Of a DNA stretch of 24,000 nucleotides, positions 7,300 to 15,528 are shown in pieces. A program made the translations under genes and the position numbers. The notes beneath the pieces are model-generated. The model saw nothing but the letters and a program-made list of their open reading frames with translations. It did not search any database and was not told the DNA's origin. The stretch is from contig OMJH01000034.1 in NCBI GenBank assembly GCA_900299295.1, positions 1,685 through 25,684 on the forward strand, given 5' to 3'. Source of the DNA: Bacteroidota bacterium (GTDB lineage: Bacteria > Bacteroidota > Bacteroidia > B-17B0 > Aurantibacillaceae). Each line of letters begins with the position of its first letter. The first letter of the stretch is position 1.

Positions 7300-8572
7300 T
7301 TATGGAATAAATATACTGCAATTCTTCAGGTGTGATGCAATAAGGAGGCAGCAAATAGTATACGTTGCCCAAGGGACGAATTAAAATTCCATGCCGAAAT
7401 AAAAATTCAGCAGCTTTAGCTCCGATAGCTGAAAGATAACCGGAGCTTTCATTCTGATATTCAAAAGCCAGAATGGTTCCTTTGCATCTAACTTCCCAGT
7501 GAATGAGTTTGCCTCGCAACTTTTCAGCAAATCGTTGATGGGTCTCTTCAATTAGTTTGATTTTTTCAATGGTGTTTTCCTTTTCAAATATATCCAGACT
7601 CGCATTTGCTGCGGCGCATGCCAACGGATTTCCGGTAAAGGAATGCCCGTGAAAAAATGTTTTATCACTACTGACTGAAAAAAAAGCATCGTAAATAAAT
7701 TTGCTGCATGCGGTAAGCCCAAGAGGCATTACACCACCTGTTAAACCTTTACTTAAACAAATAATATCCGGCTTTACGTTCAATTGATCGGAAGCAAACA
7801 TTGTCCCTGTTCTGCCAAATCCGGTCATCACTTCATCCGCAATACAAATCACCCCATGAGATTTACAAATCTCAATCATTTCACTCAATAATTCCGCCTC
7901 GTACATTTTCATTCCGCCGGCTCCCTGAACCAATGGCTCAAAAATAAAAATGCCGATATCGCCTATTGAAAGCAAACGATTCAACAATTCAATAGAGGAT
8001 GATTTATTTTCCTTCGTTGGAACCGGAAGGTGATTTACGCTAAAAAGAAGTTGCGAAAAAGCTTGGGTAAAAACATTGCGCGCACCCACGCTCATCGATC
8101 CGAATGTGTCTCCGTGGTATGCGTTCTCCAGCGCAATTATTCCTGGTTTACGTAACCCTCGGTTTTCAAAATACTGTACGGCCATTTTAATTCCCACCTC
8201 AACAGCGGTTGAGCCATCATCACTAAAAAAAACCTTATCCATTTTTCCTGGAAGCAATTGTAATATTCTTTCAGCCAGTACAACAGCGGAAGGATGTGTG
8301 AATCCCGAAAAAATACTGTGTGCGTTTTTTGAAGCCTGTTCAGCTATCGCGTTTACGATGTGAGGATGCGAATGTCCGTGAAGATTTACCCACCATGAAG
8401 AAATCGCATCAATGTACTTTTTGCCATGCTCATCAACATAATAAAGCGCTTGAGCCGAAACAATGTTTACGGGCGGATTAGCTGGTTGAGCTGTAAACGG
8501 ATGCCATACAAACCGCAAATCATTTTCAACGATACCAGATAACTTCATATCAGAGGTTGAATTGTTTGGCAT
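7271..8572 (-). CDS. bioA: Adenosylmethionine-8-amino-7-oxononanoate aminotransferase
   Basis: Class-III aminotransferase. It has the N-terminal FVWHPFT, the motifs WWVNLHGHSHP and ADEVMTGFGRTG, and the PLP-lysine motif CLSKGLTGG. The true start may be the internal MKLSG (8548), which would abut rather than overlap bioD. Confidence 0.93.
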   Translation of the reverse strand: MPNNSTSDMKLSGIVENDLRFVWHPFTAQPANPPVNIVSAQALYYVDEHGKKYIDAISSWWVNLHGHSHPHIVNAIAEQASKNAHSIFSGFTHPSAVVLAERILQLLPGKMDKVFFSDDGSTAVEVGIKMAVQYFENRGLRKPGIIALENAYHGDTFGSMSVGARNVFTQAFSQLLFSVNHLPVPTKENKSSSIELLNRLLSIGDIGIFIFEPLVQGAGGMKMYEAELLSEMIEICKSHGVICIADEVMTGFGRTGTMFASDQLNVKPDIICLSKGLTGGVMPLGLTACSKFIYDAFFSVSSDKTFFHGHSFTGNPLACAAANASLDIFEKENTIEKIKLIEETHQRFAEKLRGKLIHWEVRCKGTILAFEYQNESSGYLSAIGAKAAEFLFRHGILIRPLGNVYYLLPPYCITPEELQYIYSIIEKFHAEYP

Positions 8573-9161
8573 AACGTGAAATTACAGAACGATTGATTTC
8601 CTTTTCCTGAAAAACACGACCAATTTCCGGAAGTCCACTATGAGAAAGAATAATTAATTCACCTTCAGGATAAGGATTTCCGTTAAATACAATTCCTGTC
8701 AATTGAATTCCACGCGACTTCAATGCTTCAATGGTGAGTAAGGTATGATTGATACTGCCAAGGTAATTTTTACTGACCAAAACTACCTCTGCCTTTAGCG
8801 TTTGAATCAAATCAATGACAAAATAATTATCATTTAACGGAACAAAAACTCCGCCTGCGCCTTCAATAACAATTGAATTGGATGTGGAAGGAAGTTTTAT
8901 TTGACCAGCATCAATAATTACATTTTCTTTTTTTGCAGCATCATGCGGTGACAAAAAAGCCTTTAGCGAATAAGATTCAGGATGGCAGATTGTTTTTGAG
9001 TTGGATATCAAACTGCGTACTGTTTTACGGTCAGTTCCTTGTTCACTTCCCGACTGAACGGGTTTCCAATAGTCTGCCTGCAAGGCTTCAGCTAAAATTG
9101 CAGCAACTACCGTTTTTCCAACGTCTGTTCCAATTCCTGTGACAAAAATTTTACGCATCAA
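8550..9161 (-). CDS. bioD: Dethiobiotin synthetase
   Basis: P-loop GIGTDVGKT, then YWKPVQSG and EGAGG motifs. The 203-aa length is typical. Its start overlaps the bioF stop by 4 nt. Confidence 0.9.
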   Translation of the reverse strand: MMRKIFVTGIGTDVGKTVVAAILAEALQADYWKPVQSGSEQGTDRKTVRSLISNSKTICHPESYSLKAFLSPHDAAKKENVIIDAGQIKLPSTSNSIVIEGAGGVFVPLNDNYFVIDLIQTLKAEVVLVSKNYLGSINHTLLTIEALKSRGIQLTGIVFNGNPYPEGELIILSHSGLPEIGRVFQEKEINRSVISRYAKQFNL

Positions 9162-10315
9162 TTAATTCGCTGATTATTTTTCATTGAAAGTACCTTCATC
9201 AATTCAATTTTCAAATTTTCAATCTCACTTTTAGTATTAAATGAATGCAGACAAATACGCAAACATTCTTTTCCTTCCGGAACAGTAGGACTTTTTATCG
9301 GACGGACATCAAATCCTTTTTGCTGTAAAGCCTGAGCAACAAAAGCGACATTCTCATTTCCGGGAATCCGAATGATTTGAATCGGTGATCGTCCAATTTG
9401 ATAAAACGGAAATTCTTGAAAGACCTTATTGGCAAAACGAATATTCTCCAGTAATTTTTTCCGTTCATCTTCAAATGTCATTAAATCGTAAGCGAGATCA
9501 ATTCGCTTTAGCGAATGAGGTGGTAAAGCGGTGGAATAAATAAATGGCCGTGAAAAGTTAATCAGAAATTCACGTAACAAGGAAGAGCCAACAATGGACG
9601 CACCATGTGAACCAAACGCTTTTCCGTATGCATACAAGCGAGCAAAACACACGCTTTCCAGATTCAATTCATTGAGTAATCCTCTGCCCTGCTTACCAAA
9701 AACACCTCCCGCATGCGCCTCATCCACACACAAATTCCATTCTCTGCTCCTGCACAGCTCCGCAAGTTCACGTAGCGGCGCAAAATCGCCATCCATGGAA
9801 TAAACAGACTCCACCGCAACAAAAACTGAATGGTAGTCTTTTGATTTGCGACTAAATTTCACTAACAAATCTTCAAGCTGATTATGACGAAACTTCAAAG
9901 AATCAGCCAGTGAAGAACGAATTCCGTCAATCATACTTGCGTGTACGTATTCATCATAAATAATCAGGTCATTTTTTTGAGGAACACAAGAATAGAAACC
10001 CAGATTGGCATCGTAGCCGGAATTAAACAACAAGGCAGATTCACCGGAATGAAATTCAGCAATGCGTTTTTCAAGCGTCTCAACAAGAACAGAATTTCCG
10101 GCCAACAAACGAGAACCACCGCTTCCGCTTTCCTTACTCAAATTCTTTTCCGATTGATTTGAAATTAATTTTTCAATTTTTCCGCCTCGGGAGAAACCCA
10201 AATAATCATTGGAACAAAAATCAACTTTTCCCTCCTCAACTAAATTCAAACTCCTGAAATTTCCTTTCTCGCGTCTGGATTGCAGAAGGCGTTGCATATT
10301 TTGATGGGCACGCAT
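9158..10315 (-). CDS. bioF: 8-amino-7-oxononanoate synthase
   Basis: Alpha-oxoamine synthase family. Motifs are FCSNDYLGFS, DEAHAGGVFG and the PLP-Lys region YGKAFGSHGA. It sits within the bioB/bioD/bioA cluster. Confidence 0.9.
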   Translation of the reverse strand: MRAHQNMQRLLQSRREKGNFRSLNLVEEGKVDFCSNDYLGFSRGGKIEKLISNQSEKNLSKESGSGGSRLLAGNSVLVETLEKRIAEFHSGESALLFNSGYDANLGFYSCVPQKNDLIIYDEYVHASMIDGIRSSLADSLKFRHNQLEDLLVKFSRKSKDYHSVFVAVESVYSMDGDFAPLRELAELCRSREWNLCVDEAHAGGVFGKQGRGLLNELNLESVCFARLYAYGKAFGSHGASIVGSSLLREFLINFSRPFIYSTALPPHSLKRIDLAYDLMTFEDERKKLLENIRFANKVFQEFPFYQIGRSPIQIIRIPGNENVAFVAQALQQKGFDVRPIKSPTVPEGKECLRICLHSFNTKSEIENLKIELMKVLSMKNNQRIN

Positions 10316-10316
10316 A

Positions 10317-11033
10317 CTATTCTCTGGATAAATCGAAACGCATTCCGAATTGGAAGGTGGCGCTGAAAATGGAGTGATGAATTCGACTGGGTGCTTCTTT
10401 GCGTGAGTTTTTGAAATACTTGAATTCAGCTAATGGGTGAAGATAAATGTAAGAGTGATTGAACAATTTGTAATCCAACAATAAACCTGCGTTAATCATC
10501 ATGGCCGAAGATGCATCATCGCCTCCAAAAAAATTAATATGATTCAGATGCGAATACGAATAATAGCCGGCCTGGGTTTTCAAATTCAGTGAAATCAATT
10601 GCTTTTCAAAGTTTTTTAAGGGTATTTCCGCCTGAAAGAATAATTTCTGGAAATTGAACTTGTCGAAAAACAAATAATTGACATCATTTACTCTGATTTT
10701 TTCCAGAAAAAATTCTTCGAAACAAATTCCCATCCCCAGCCGAATTTTATTGAACTGCGCAGACACATCAAAACCCAAATTCTTAATTGAATTTTTCATG
10801 CTGAAATCAAAATCACCACTGACAATGCGTGTCCCGGAAGTGTCATACAGCGCGTACTGCTTTACTGAAGAATTCCAGGAGGCATTACCCACACCGTAAT
10901 AAAAGGCAAGAAAATATTTATCGTCAGGCCCATCTTTAAGATAACGTAAGCGTTGTGCAAAAAGCACGTCGGAGGAAAATATCCAGACGGAAAGGATAAA
11001 AAGAATTGTTCTAACGCGGAACTTCTTCGGCAT
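10317..11033 (-). CDS. Signal-peptide protein with outer-membrane beta-barrel-like pattern, unknown function
   Basis: Sec-type N-terminus [27 protein letters not shown]. About eight alternating-hydrophobic strands follow ([90 protein letters not shown]). It overlaps the bioB stop by 23 nt and ends 1 nt before the bioF ATG. Confidence 0.6.
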   Translation of the reverse strand: MPKKFRVRTILFILSVWIFSSDVLFAQRLRYLKDGPDDKYFLAFYYGVGNASWNSSVKQYALYDTSGTRIVSGDFDFSMKNSIKNLGFDVSAQFNKIRLGMGICFEEFFLEKIRVNDVNYLFFDKFNFQKLFFQAEIPLKNFEKQLISLNLKTQAGYYSYSHLNHINFFGGDDASSAMMINAGLLLDYKLFNHSYIYLHPLAEFKYFKNSRKEAPSRIHHSIFSATFQFGMRFDLSRE

Positions 11034-11985
11034 GCGGTTTTTTTGAGAAAGCTTCTTCCGGCTTCAATCCAAGTATCTTGAACATTTCCATATCCTGATT
11101 GTATTCAGGATTCGGAGTTGTAAGTAATTTATCACCCGCAAAAATACTGTTGGCTCCTGCTAAAAAACAAAGTGCCTGTCCCTCCATGCTCATGTTCAGG
11201 CGCCCTGCAGACAAGCGAATCTGCGCCGTAGGAATAACAATTCGCGCCGTCGCAACCATTCTTACCATTTCCCAGATTTCTACAGGTTTTTGATTTTCCA
11301 GAGGTGTTCCTTCAACGGTAACAAGAGCATTGATGGGAACCGATTCCGGCGGAGGATTAAGGTTAGCGAGTGTATGTAACATTCCTATCCTGTCATCGGT
11401 TCTTTCGCCCATCCCGATAATACCACCGGAACAAACCGTAATTCCGGCCTTACGCACATTTGCAATAGTTTTTAAACGATCATCGTAAGTGCGGGTGGAA
11501 ATGATAGAAGAATAATTCTCTTCAGATGTATCCAGATTATGATTATACGCATACAATCCGGCATCCGCTAATTTTTTTGCCTGCTCCTCGGTTAACATGC
11601 CCAAGGTACAACAGGCTTCCATTCCTTTGTTGTTGATGGTTTTCACCATTTCGAGAACACGATCAAAATCACGGTTATCACGAACCTCGCGCCAAGCAGC
11701 GCCCAGACACATTCGGGATGCCCCTCCCTTTTTAGCGTTTTCAGATAATTTATCAACCTCATCCACCGTCATTAACTTATGAACTTTTACATCCGTATAA
11801 TAACGTGCCGCCTGAGGACAATATCCACAATCCTCGGGACAGCCTCCTGTTTTGATTGAAATCAGGGATGAAACCTGAACTTTGGAAGGATCATGAAAAC
11901 GACGATGAATTTCAGCAGCACGGAAAACAAGTTCCAGCAAAGGAGTATGATAAACGGATTCTATTTGTTCACGGTTCATTGACAT
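11011..11985 (-). CDS. bioB: Biotin synthase (radical SAM)
   Basis: Radical-SAM cluster motif [10 protein letters not shown], with YNHNLDTS and [10 protein letters not shown] motifs. The 324-aa length fits. Confidence 0.95.
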   Translation of the reverse strand: MSMNREQIESVYHTPLLELVFRAAEIHRRFHDPSKVQVSSLISIKTGGCPEDCGYCPQAARYYTDVKVHKLMTVDEVDKLSENAKKGGASRMCLGAAWREVRDNRDFDRVLEMVKTINNKGMEACCTLGMLTEEQAKKLADAGLYAYNHNLDTSEENYSSIISTRTYDDRLKTIANVRKAGITVCSGGIIGMGERTDDRIGMLHTLANLNPPPESVPINALVTVEGTPLENQKPVEIWEMVRMVATARIVIPTAQIRLSAGRLNMSMEGQALCFLAGANSIFAGDKLLTTPNPEYNQDMEMFKILGLKPEEAFSKKPHAEEVPR

Positions 11986-12009
11986 GAGAATGAATTAATC
12001 TGTTTTAAA

Positions 12010-12017
12010 CAAAAATA
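12010..12017 (-). promoter_or_regulatory. Bacteroidota-type -7 promoter box (TATTTTTG on minus strand) for the bio operon
   Basis: Exact TAnnTTTG match, 25-32 nt upstream of the bioB ATG (11985). It lies in the largest intergenic gap of the window (148 bp). Confidence 0.35.
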
Positions 12018-12133
12018 CACGAAATCTTACAATAAAAAAGTGGCGGTGAATAAATTCATTACAGATTGAAAAAATATCCATCATAAAAAAGTATTTTCAG
12101 CGTACAATAAACGTTAGAAATAAAAATCTTGAA

Positions 12134-12430
12134 GTGAAAAAGTATTTAATCTTGATGCTAGCGCTCCTTTTAATTGTAAGCTGTAAAACGCCACGTTCAC
12201 TTACCGATGAAATGGTTGGACAAAAACATAAAGAAAGGACATGGAACCGGAGAAAACAAAGGAGGGAAATGCGAAATAAAACGGCCTACAATCCTTATCT
12301 GGAAATGAAAGCGAAGGATAAACCCAACGCTAAATTATCGAAAGAAAACAAACGAATTGAGCGAATTGCAAAGAGAACAATACGGAAAGAAAAAAGAAAA
12401 TTAAGAAGAACAAAGGGAGCGTACAAATAA
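12134..12430 (+). CDS. Small, highly basic (Lys/Arg-rich) putative lipoprotein
   Basis: GTG start. The signal plus lipobox is (M)KKYLILMLALLLIVSC. The mature part is extremely K/R-rich (RRKQRREMRNK, RIERIAKRTIRKEKRKLRRTKG). I recognise no homology, and coding status rests on the signal peptide and ORF length. Confidence 0.55.
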   Translation: MKKYLILMLALLLIVSCKTPRSLTDEMVGQKHKERTWNRRKQRREMRNKTAYNPYLEMKAKDKPNAKLSKENKRIERIAKRTIRKEKRKLRRTKGAYK

Positions 12431-12442
12431 AAAAATCAATAA

Positions 12443-13657
12443 TTACTTTTTCACTCGCTCCAGCATCACAAAATAAACGACATACTTTTCTTTTTCTTTT
12501 TTGATTTTTAAGGCATAGTCGGATTCCGTTGCCTTTCCTGAACCTTGCGAATTGCGCGAGTCATTTAGCTCCTGCATCAATTTCCGCAAAACATTTTCTG
12601 AAGAAAAATTTTCCTTATCCATCATCATAATACTCTCGTGTTCGACAATTCGGGTACGTTTATTTTTAAACAAGGCCAAATAATGTGATGCTTTCAAAAC
12701 CCGCTGCAGAGGCGTTGCGGCATAAAAATTTCTTTCGCCTTTCAAATCTTCGCTACCAGAATTTTTTGATGACAACAAATAACTCAGATGTTTTTGAGCG
12801 GCGTTTTTCAGAACGTGATCTTGACCGGTAAGTGAATCCACGAATAACTTTTGTAGAAGGAATGAAACTTCTTTCTCTGTTCTGGTAATTGAAATATTTT
12901 TTGAAGCCTTTACTGACTGCGAGTTTTTTTTACTTGACTTTTCCTTATCAGTTTGTTCTCCTTTTGCCTTGGAAGCAACGATACTACTGAAGTCAATTGG
13001 ATTATATTTATGATTTAAGGTGAATTTTTTTGAAGGTGGTAACACAAAAACTTCCTCCTTATAATTTTCGTATTCATACATAAATAAATCAGTACCCCAA
13101 ACAAGAAACCCTGAGATTATAAACGCAACACCATGCCCGTAGCTTGCGCTATTCAACATGTTTTCATTATGTCCGGGTGAGTTTTTCCACTGCTCGAAAG
13201 ATAAATCAGCAATATTCTTGGCAATTTCATTCGCATTATTTCCTTTTGAAGAATAATTATATAGTGCGTTCTCACCCGACCAGGATAATTTTGACTTACC
13301 GGAAGAGACATAAACAATCCGATTACCCGGTTCTTTCCCGGAAAAAAAATAAGTGCCTTTTTTCTCATCGTGGGATAGTTCGTTATTGGCTGCCATCCAA
13401 ACGCAATGATTTCGCGAAGCCAACCATAATGTGTCATCCCAAACCAATTTTCCTTTGTTGCTTGCTTTTCGGTATTCATTTATGTTTTCATGAAAATAAA
13501 AAGCCGCCAGTCGCTCAATAAACTGAACCGAATCGGTTTCCGCTGTTTTTTTAATCGCATTTAGTCGTTGTACGAATTCTAATTTTCCTTTCGCGAATGC
13601 AGAAATCGGTAAATAAAATAACAAGCTGATTGAAAATAAAGCGAAATTATTTTTCAT
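12443..13657 (-). CDS. Secreted CAP/SCP/PR-1 (YkwD-like) domain protein with long C-terminal extension
   Basis: Signal peptide MKNNFALFSISLLFYLPISAFA. CAP motifs in aa ~55-195 are LASRNHCVWMAANNELSHD, WSGENALY and WKNSPGHNENMLN..YGHGVAF. About 200 further residues are of unknown function. Confidence 0.8.
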   Translation of the reverse strand: MKNNFALFSISLLFYLPISAFAKGKLEFVQRLNAIKKTAETDSVQFIERLAAFYFHENINEYRKASNKGKLVWDDTLWLASRNHCVWMAANNELSHDEKKGTYFFSGKEPGNRIVYVSSGKSKLSWSGENALYNYSSKGNNANEIAKNIADLSFEQWKNSPGHNENMLNSASYGHGVAFIISGFLVWGTDLFMYEYENYKEEVFVLPPSKKFTLNHKYNPIDFSSIVASKAKGEQTDKEKSSKKNSQSVKASKNISITRTEKEVSFLLQKLFVDSLTGQDHVLKNAAQKHLSYLLSSKNSGSEDLKGERNFYAATPLQRVLKASHYLALFKNKRTRIVEHESIMMMDKENFSSENVLRKLMQELNDSRNSQGSGKATESDYALKIKKEKEKYVVYFVMLERVKK

Positions 13658-13746
13658 TTAATTTCCATTTTTATTTCAGAAAAAAAAATCGAACCGAATT
13701 CAATAACTGAAACAGAAAAAAAATGTTACAAAAAAAGAAAGGAATA

Positions 13747-14742
13747 TTAAACTTTCAACCTCTGGCCGGGTTGAAGAATTTTAGTTGCTTTAATGCCATT
13801 TTTTTGACAAAGCGCCTTTACAGTAGTGTGATTTCGAGCGGCAATTTTTACGAGCGTATCCCCTTTTCGCACTACATAATATTTGCTGTTTTTTGGCCCT
13901 GCCGGCGCTGATGTAACATGCGATTTTGCTTTACCGCGATTGCTTGCAGACATATTATGCAGATTATACGATGATTTAAAATCGTCTTTATAAAGCACAA
14001 AGGAAGTGTTTTTCAATTCCCATTTCTCATAGTCAACTAAATCTTCGGTATCAATCGATTTTCCTAAAAAACGCATTTCAAAATGAAGATGGCTTCCATA
14101 TGAATGACCTGTGTTACCTCCCAATCCTATTAGCTCCCCCGCTTTAACGTCTTGCTCGGTTTGAACGAGAAGTTTGCTTAAATGACCATATACAGTTTCT
14201 AACCCATTTGGATGTCTTATAATCACTACATTTCCATAGCCACGGGTCATCCTGGCAATGCGAACCTTTCCTTCAAATGCAGCCACTACAGTGTCACCAG
14301 TTTCAAGATTGATATCGGTTCCGAAGTGCGGTCGTTTTCTTCGCCAACCATAACCTGAAGTTATCGGTCCTCTGAAAGGCATGACGAAACCGCAATTGTA
14401 ATCATCAAGTAGCTGAATAACAACTGAATCTCCTAGGAATTCTTTTTCAGAATATTTCGGATGAACCACCGAAGTGTCCCACGAACAATATAAATCGTAG
14501 GAGGGGAACATTATTAAGGAATCTGTAATGGCTAAAGTTCTGGGAATTGGAATAATACGAGTTGTATCGTCTACATTTTTTACTTCTTTTTTAACCTCTT
14601 TTTTCTTTTTCTTTTTTGTTTTATCAACCGGATTTCCAGCTAAGGCACTCCCAATTACCATTATCATGGCAAGTAAAACCAATGAAGATCCTGAAAATAA
14701 AGAGTTTACCTTTTTCATGCCGTGCAAAAATATAATTTTCAA
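13747..14742 (-). CDS. M23 family metallopeptidase with C-terminal LysM domain
   Basis: M23 motifs are HFGTDINLETGDTV (HxxxD) and GNTGHSYGSHLHFEMR (HxH). The C-terminal LysM is YYVVRKGDTLVKIAARNHTTVKALCQKNGIKATKILQPGQRLKV. A more signal-peptide-like start is MKKVNSLF at 14718. Confidence 0.9.
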   Translation of the reverse strand: MKIIFLHGMKKVNSLFSGSSLVLLAMIMVIGSALAGNPVDKTKKKKKKEVKKEVKNVDDTTRIIPIPRTLAITDSLIMFPSYDLYCSWDTSVVHPKYSEKEFLGDSVVIQLLDDYNCGFVMPFRGPITSGYGWRRKRPHFGTDINLETGDTVVAAFEGKVRIARMTRGYGNVVIIRHPNGLETVYGHLSKLLVQTEQDVKAGELIGLGGNTGHSYGSHLHFEMRFLGKSIDTEDLVDYEKWELKNTSFVLYKDDFKSSYNLHNMSASNRGKAKSHVTSAPAGPKNSKYYVVRKGDTLVKIAARNHTTVKALCQKNGIKATKILQPGQRLKV

Positions 14743-14829
14743 CCATTAAAAGGAGGTCTTTTGCACAAAAGCAAGGCTGAGTTTTCAACATTTATCGAAA
14801 AACGAATTTAAAAATGTTAAAAAAGGGTG

Positions 14830-15498
14830 TTATTTCTTTTTTGCGTATACACCGGCTTTCCAATTCTGAATGAATTTGGCCCAGGCCACGGGGTTCAGCA
14901 GGTTGCTGACAGGCATTTGTCCGTTATGATATAATTTGGTTTGCTGATAGTTCTGCAAATTTCGATAGCTTAACGACGGGTCGTTGCTTAATCCTTTAAT
15001 AAGAATGCGCATGTCTTCTGCCTTCATATTCTTTTCGGCGCGAACATAATCATCATCAGGCAGTCGAAGATTTAAAAATTCGCGTTTAAATTCTTCCTTA
15101 GTTGGCCAAGGATAAATGGTTACTTCTTTCAATTCAATGGTATCACGAAATAGCGTTTGTATTATCGAGTAACTAATGGAACTAAGTGTATCCGGAATTC
15201 TAAATTCAGCATCTTTAAACCCAAGTGAAATAAACTGAATTACATCTCCGGGCTGAGCCACAAGCGTGAAAAACCCGAAATAATCTGAAATAGCACCTCT
15301 GCGCGTTCCTTTAATGATTACGCTGGTTAACGGAATAGGCTTTAGGCTGTCATTATTACTTAATACCACACCGGAAAATTGAATGTAAGTATTCAAAGAA
15401 TCGCGTCCTGTGTTTTTTTTTGCTGTTTGAGAAAAAGAATAAATAAAACTAAAAATACATATTAAAAAAAGTTGGGATTGTTTACTTTGAATATTCAT
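14830..15498 (-). CDS. Carboxypeptidase-regulatory-like (CarboxypepD_reg) domain protein
   Basis: A signal peptide is followed by FSGVVLSNNDSLKPIPLTSVIIKGTRRGAISDYFGFFTLVAQPGDVIQFISLGFKDAEFRI, the typical CarboxypepD_reg beta-sandwich pattern. It lies 30 nt downstream of tamB. Confidence 0.7.
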   Translation of the reverse strand: MNIQSKQSQLFLICIFSFIYSFSQTAKKNTGRDSLNTYIQFSGVVLSNNDSLKPIPLTSVIIKGTRRGAISDYFGFFTLVAQPGDVIQFISLGFKDAEFRIPDTLSSISYSIIQTLFRDTIELKEVTIYPWPTKEEFKREFLNLRLPDDDYVRAEKNMKAEDMRILIKGLSNDPSLSYRNLQNYQQTKLYHNGQMPVSNLLNPVAWAKFIQNWKAGVYAKKK

Positions 15499-15528
15499 CA
15501 GATTAAATTATTATTTACAAATTTTGTT

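Noticed and set aside
7013-7384. ORFs 7013-7267 (-) and 7160-7384 (+) within yhhQ and the bioA end
   Set aside because: These are alternate-frame or antisense ORFs inside a CDS carrying the Vut/YhhQ signature. The products (Arg/Cys-rich, or hydrophobic without a pattern) look like frame artefacts.
8076-11782. Plus-strand ORFs antisense to the bio genes (8076-8363, 8933-9142, 9594-9803, 9941-10162, 10678-10899, 11099-11293, 11597-11782)
   Set aside because: All lie inside minus-strand genes with diagnostic BioA, BioD, BioF or BioB motifs. None has its own start context or recognisable domains.
12001-12011. TGTTTTAAACA imperfect palindrome as a BirA (bioO-like) operator
   Set aside because: It only loosely resembles the TGTAAACC-type half-sites known from E. 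coli. There is no second half-site at the expected spacing, and it is too short and AT-rich to call. It is kept only as a note within the operator-pair finding.
13144-13521. Two overlapping ORFs (13144-13521 + and 13153-13479 -) inside the CAP-domain gene
   Set aside because: The CAP motifs (SHD, GENAL, SPGHNENML) are in the 12443-13657 frame. The others are alternate-frame or antisense shadows.
13680-13688. A9 homopolymer upstream of the CAP-protein gene as a phase-variation tract
   Set aside because: It is short, lies in an AT-rich spacer, and is not positioned between recognisable promoter elements or inside a CDS. Similar A/T runs occur throughout the window.
13723-14749. Plus-strand ORFs 13723-13911 and 14528-14749, antisense to the M23/LysM gene
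   Set aside because: They are shadow ORFs. The second is largely the complement of the poly-Lys linker (the FFFFFF run).
14748-14771. Shine-Dalgarno-like AAAAGGAGG on the plus strand, and the adjacent CTTTTG-CA-CAAAAG palindrome between the CarboxypepD_reg and M23 genes
   Set aside because: No start codon or ORF follows the SD-like sequence on the plus strand, and Bacteroidota genes here lack SD sequences. The palindrome has a 6-bp AT-rich stem with a 2-nt centre, which is too weak for a hairpin and unremarkable in AT-rich DNA.
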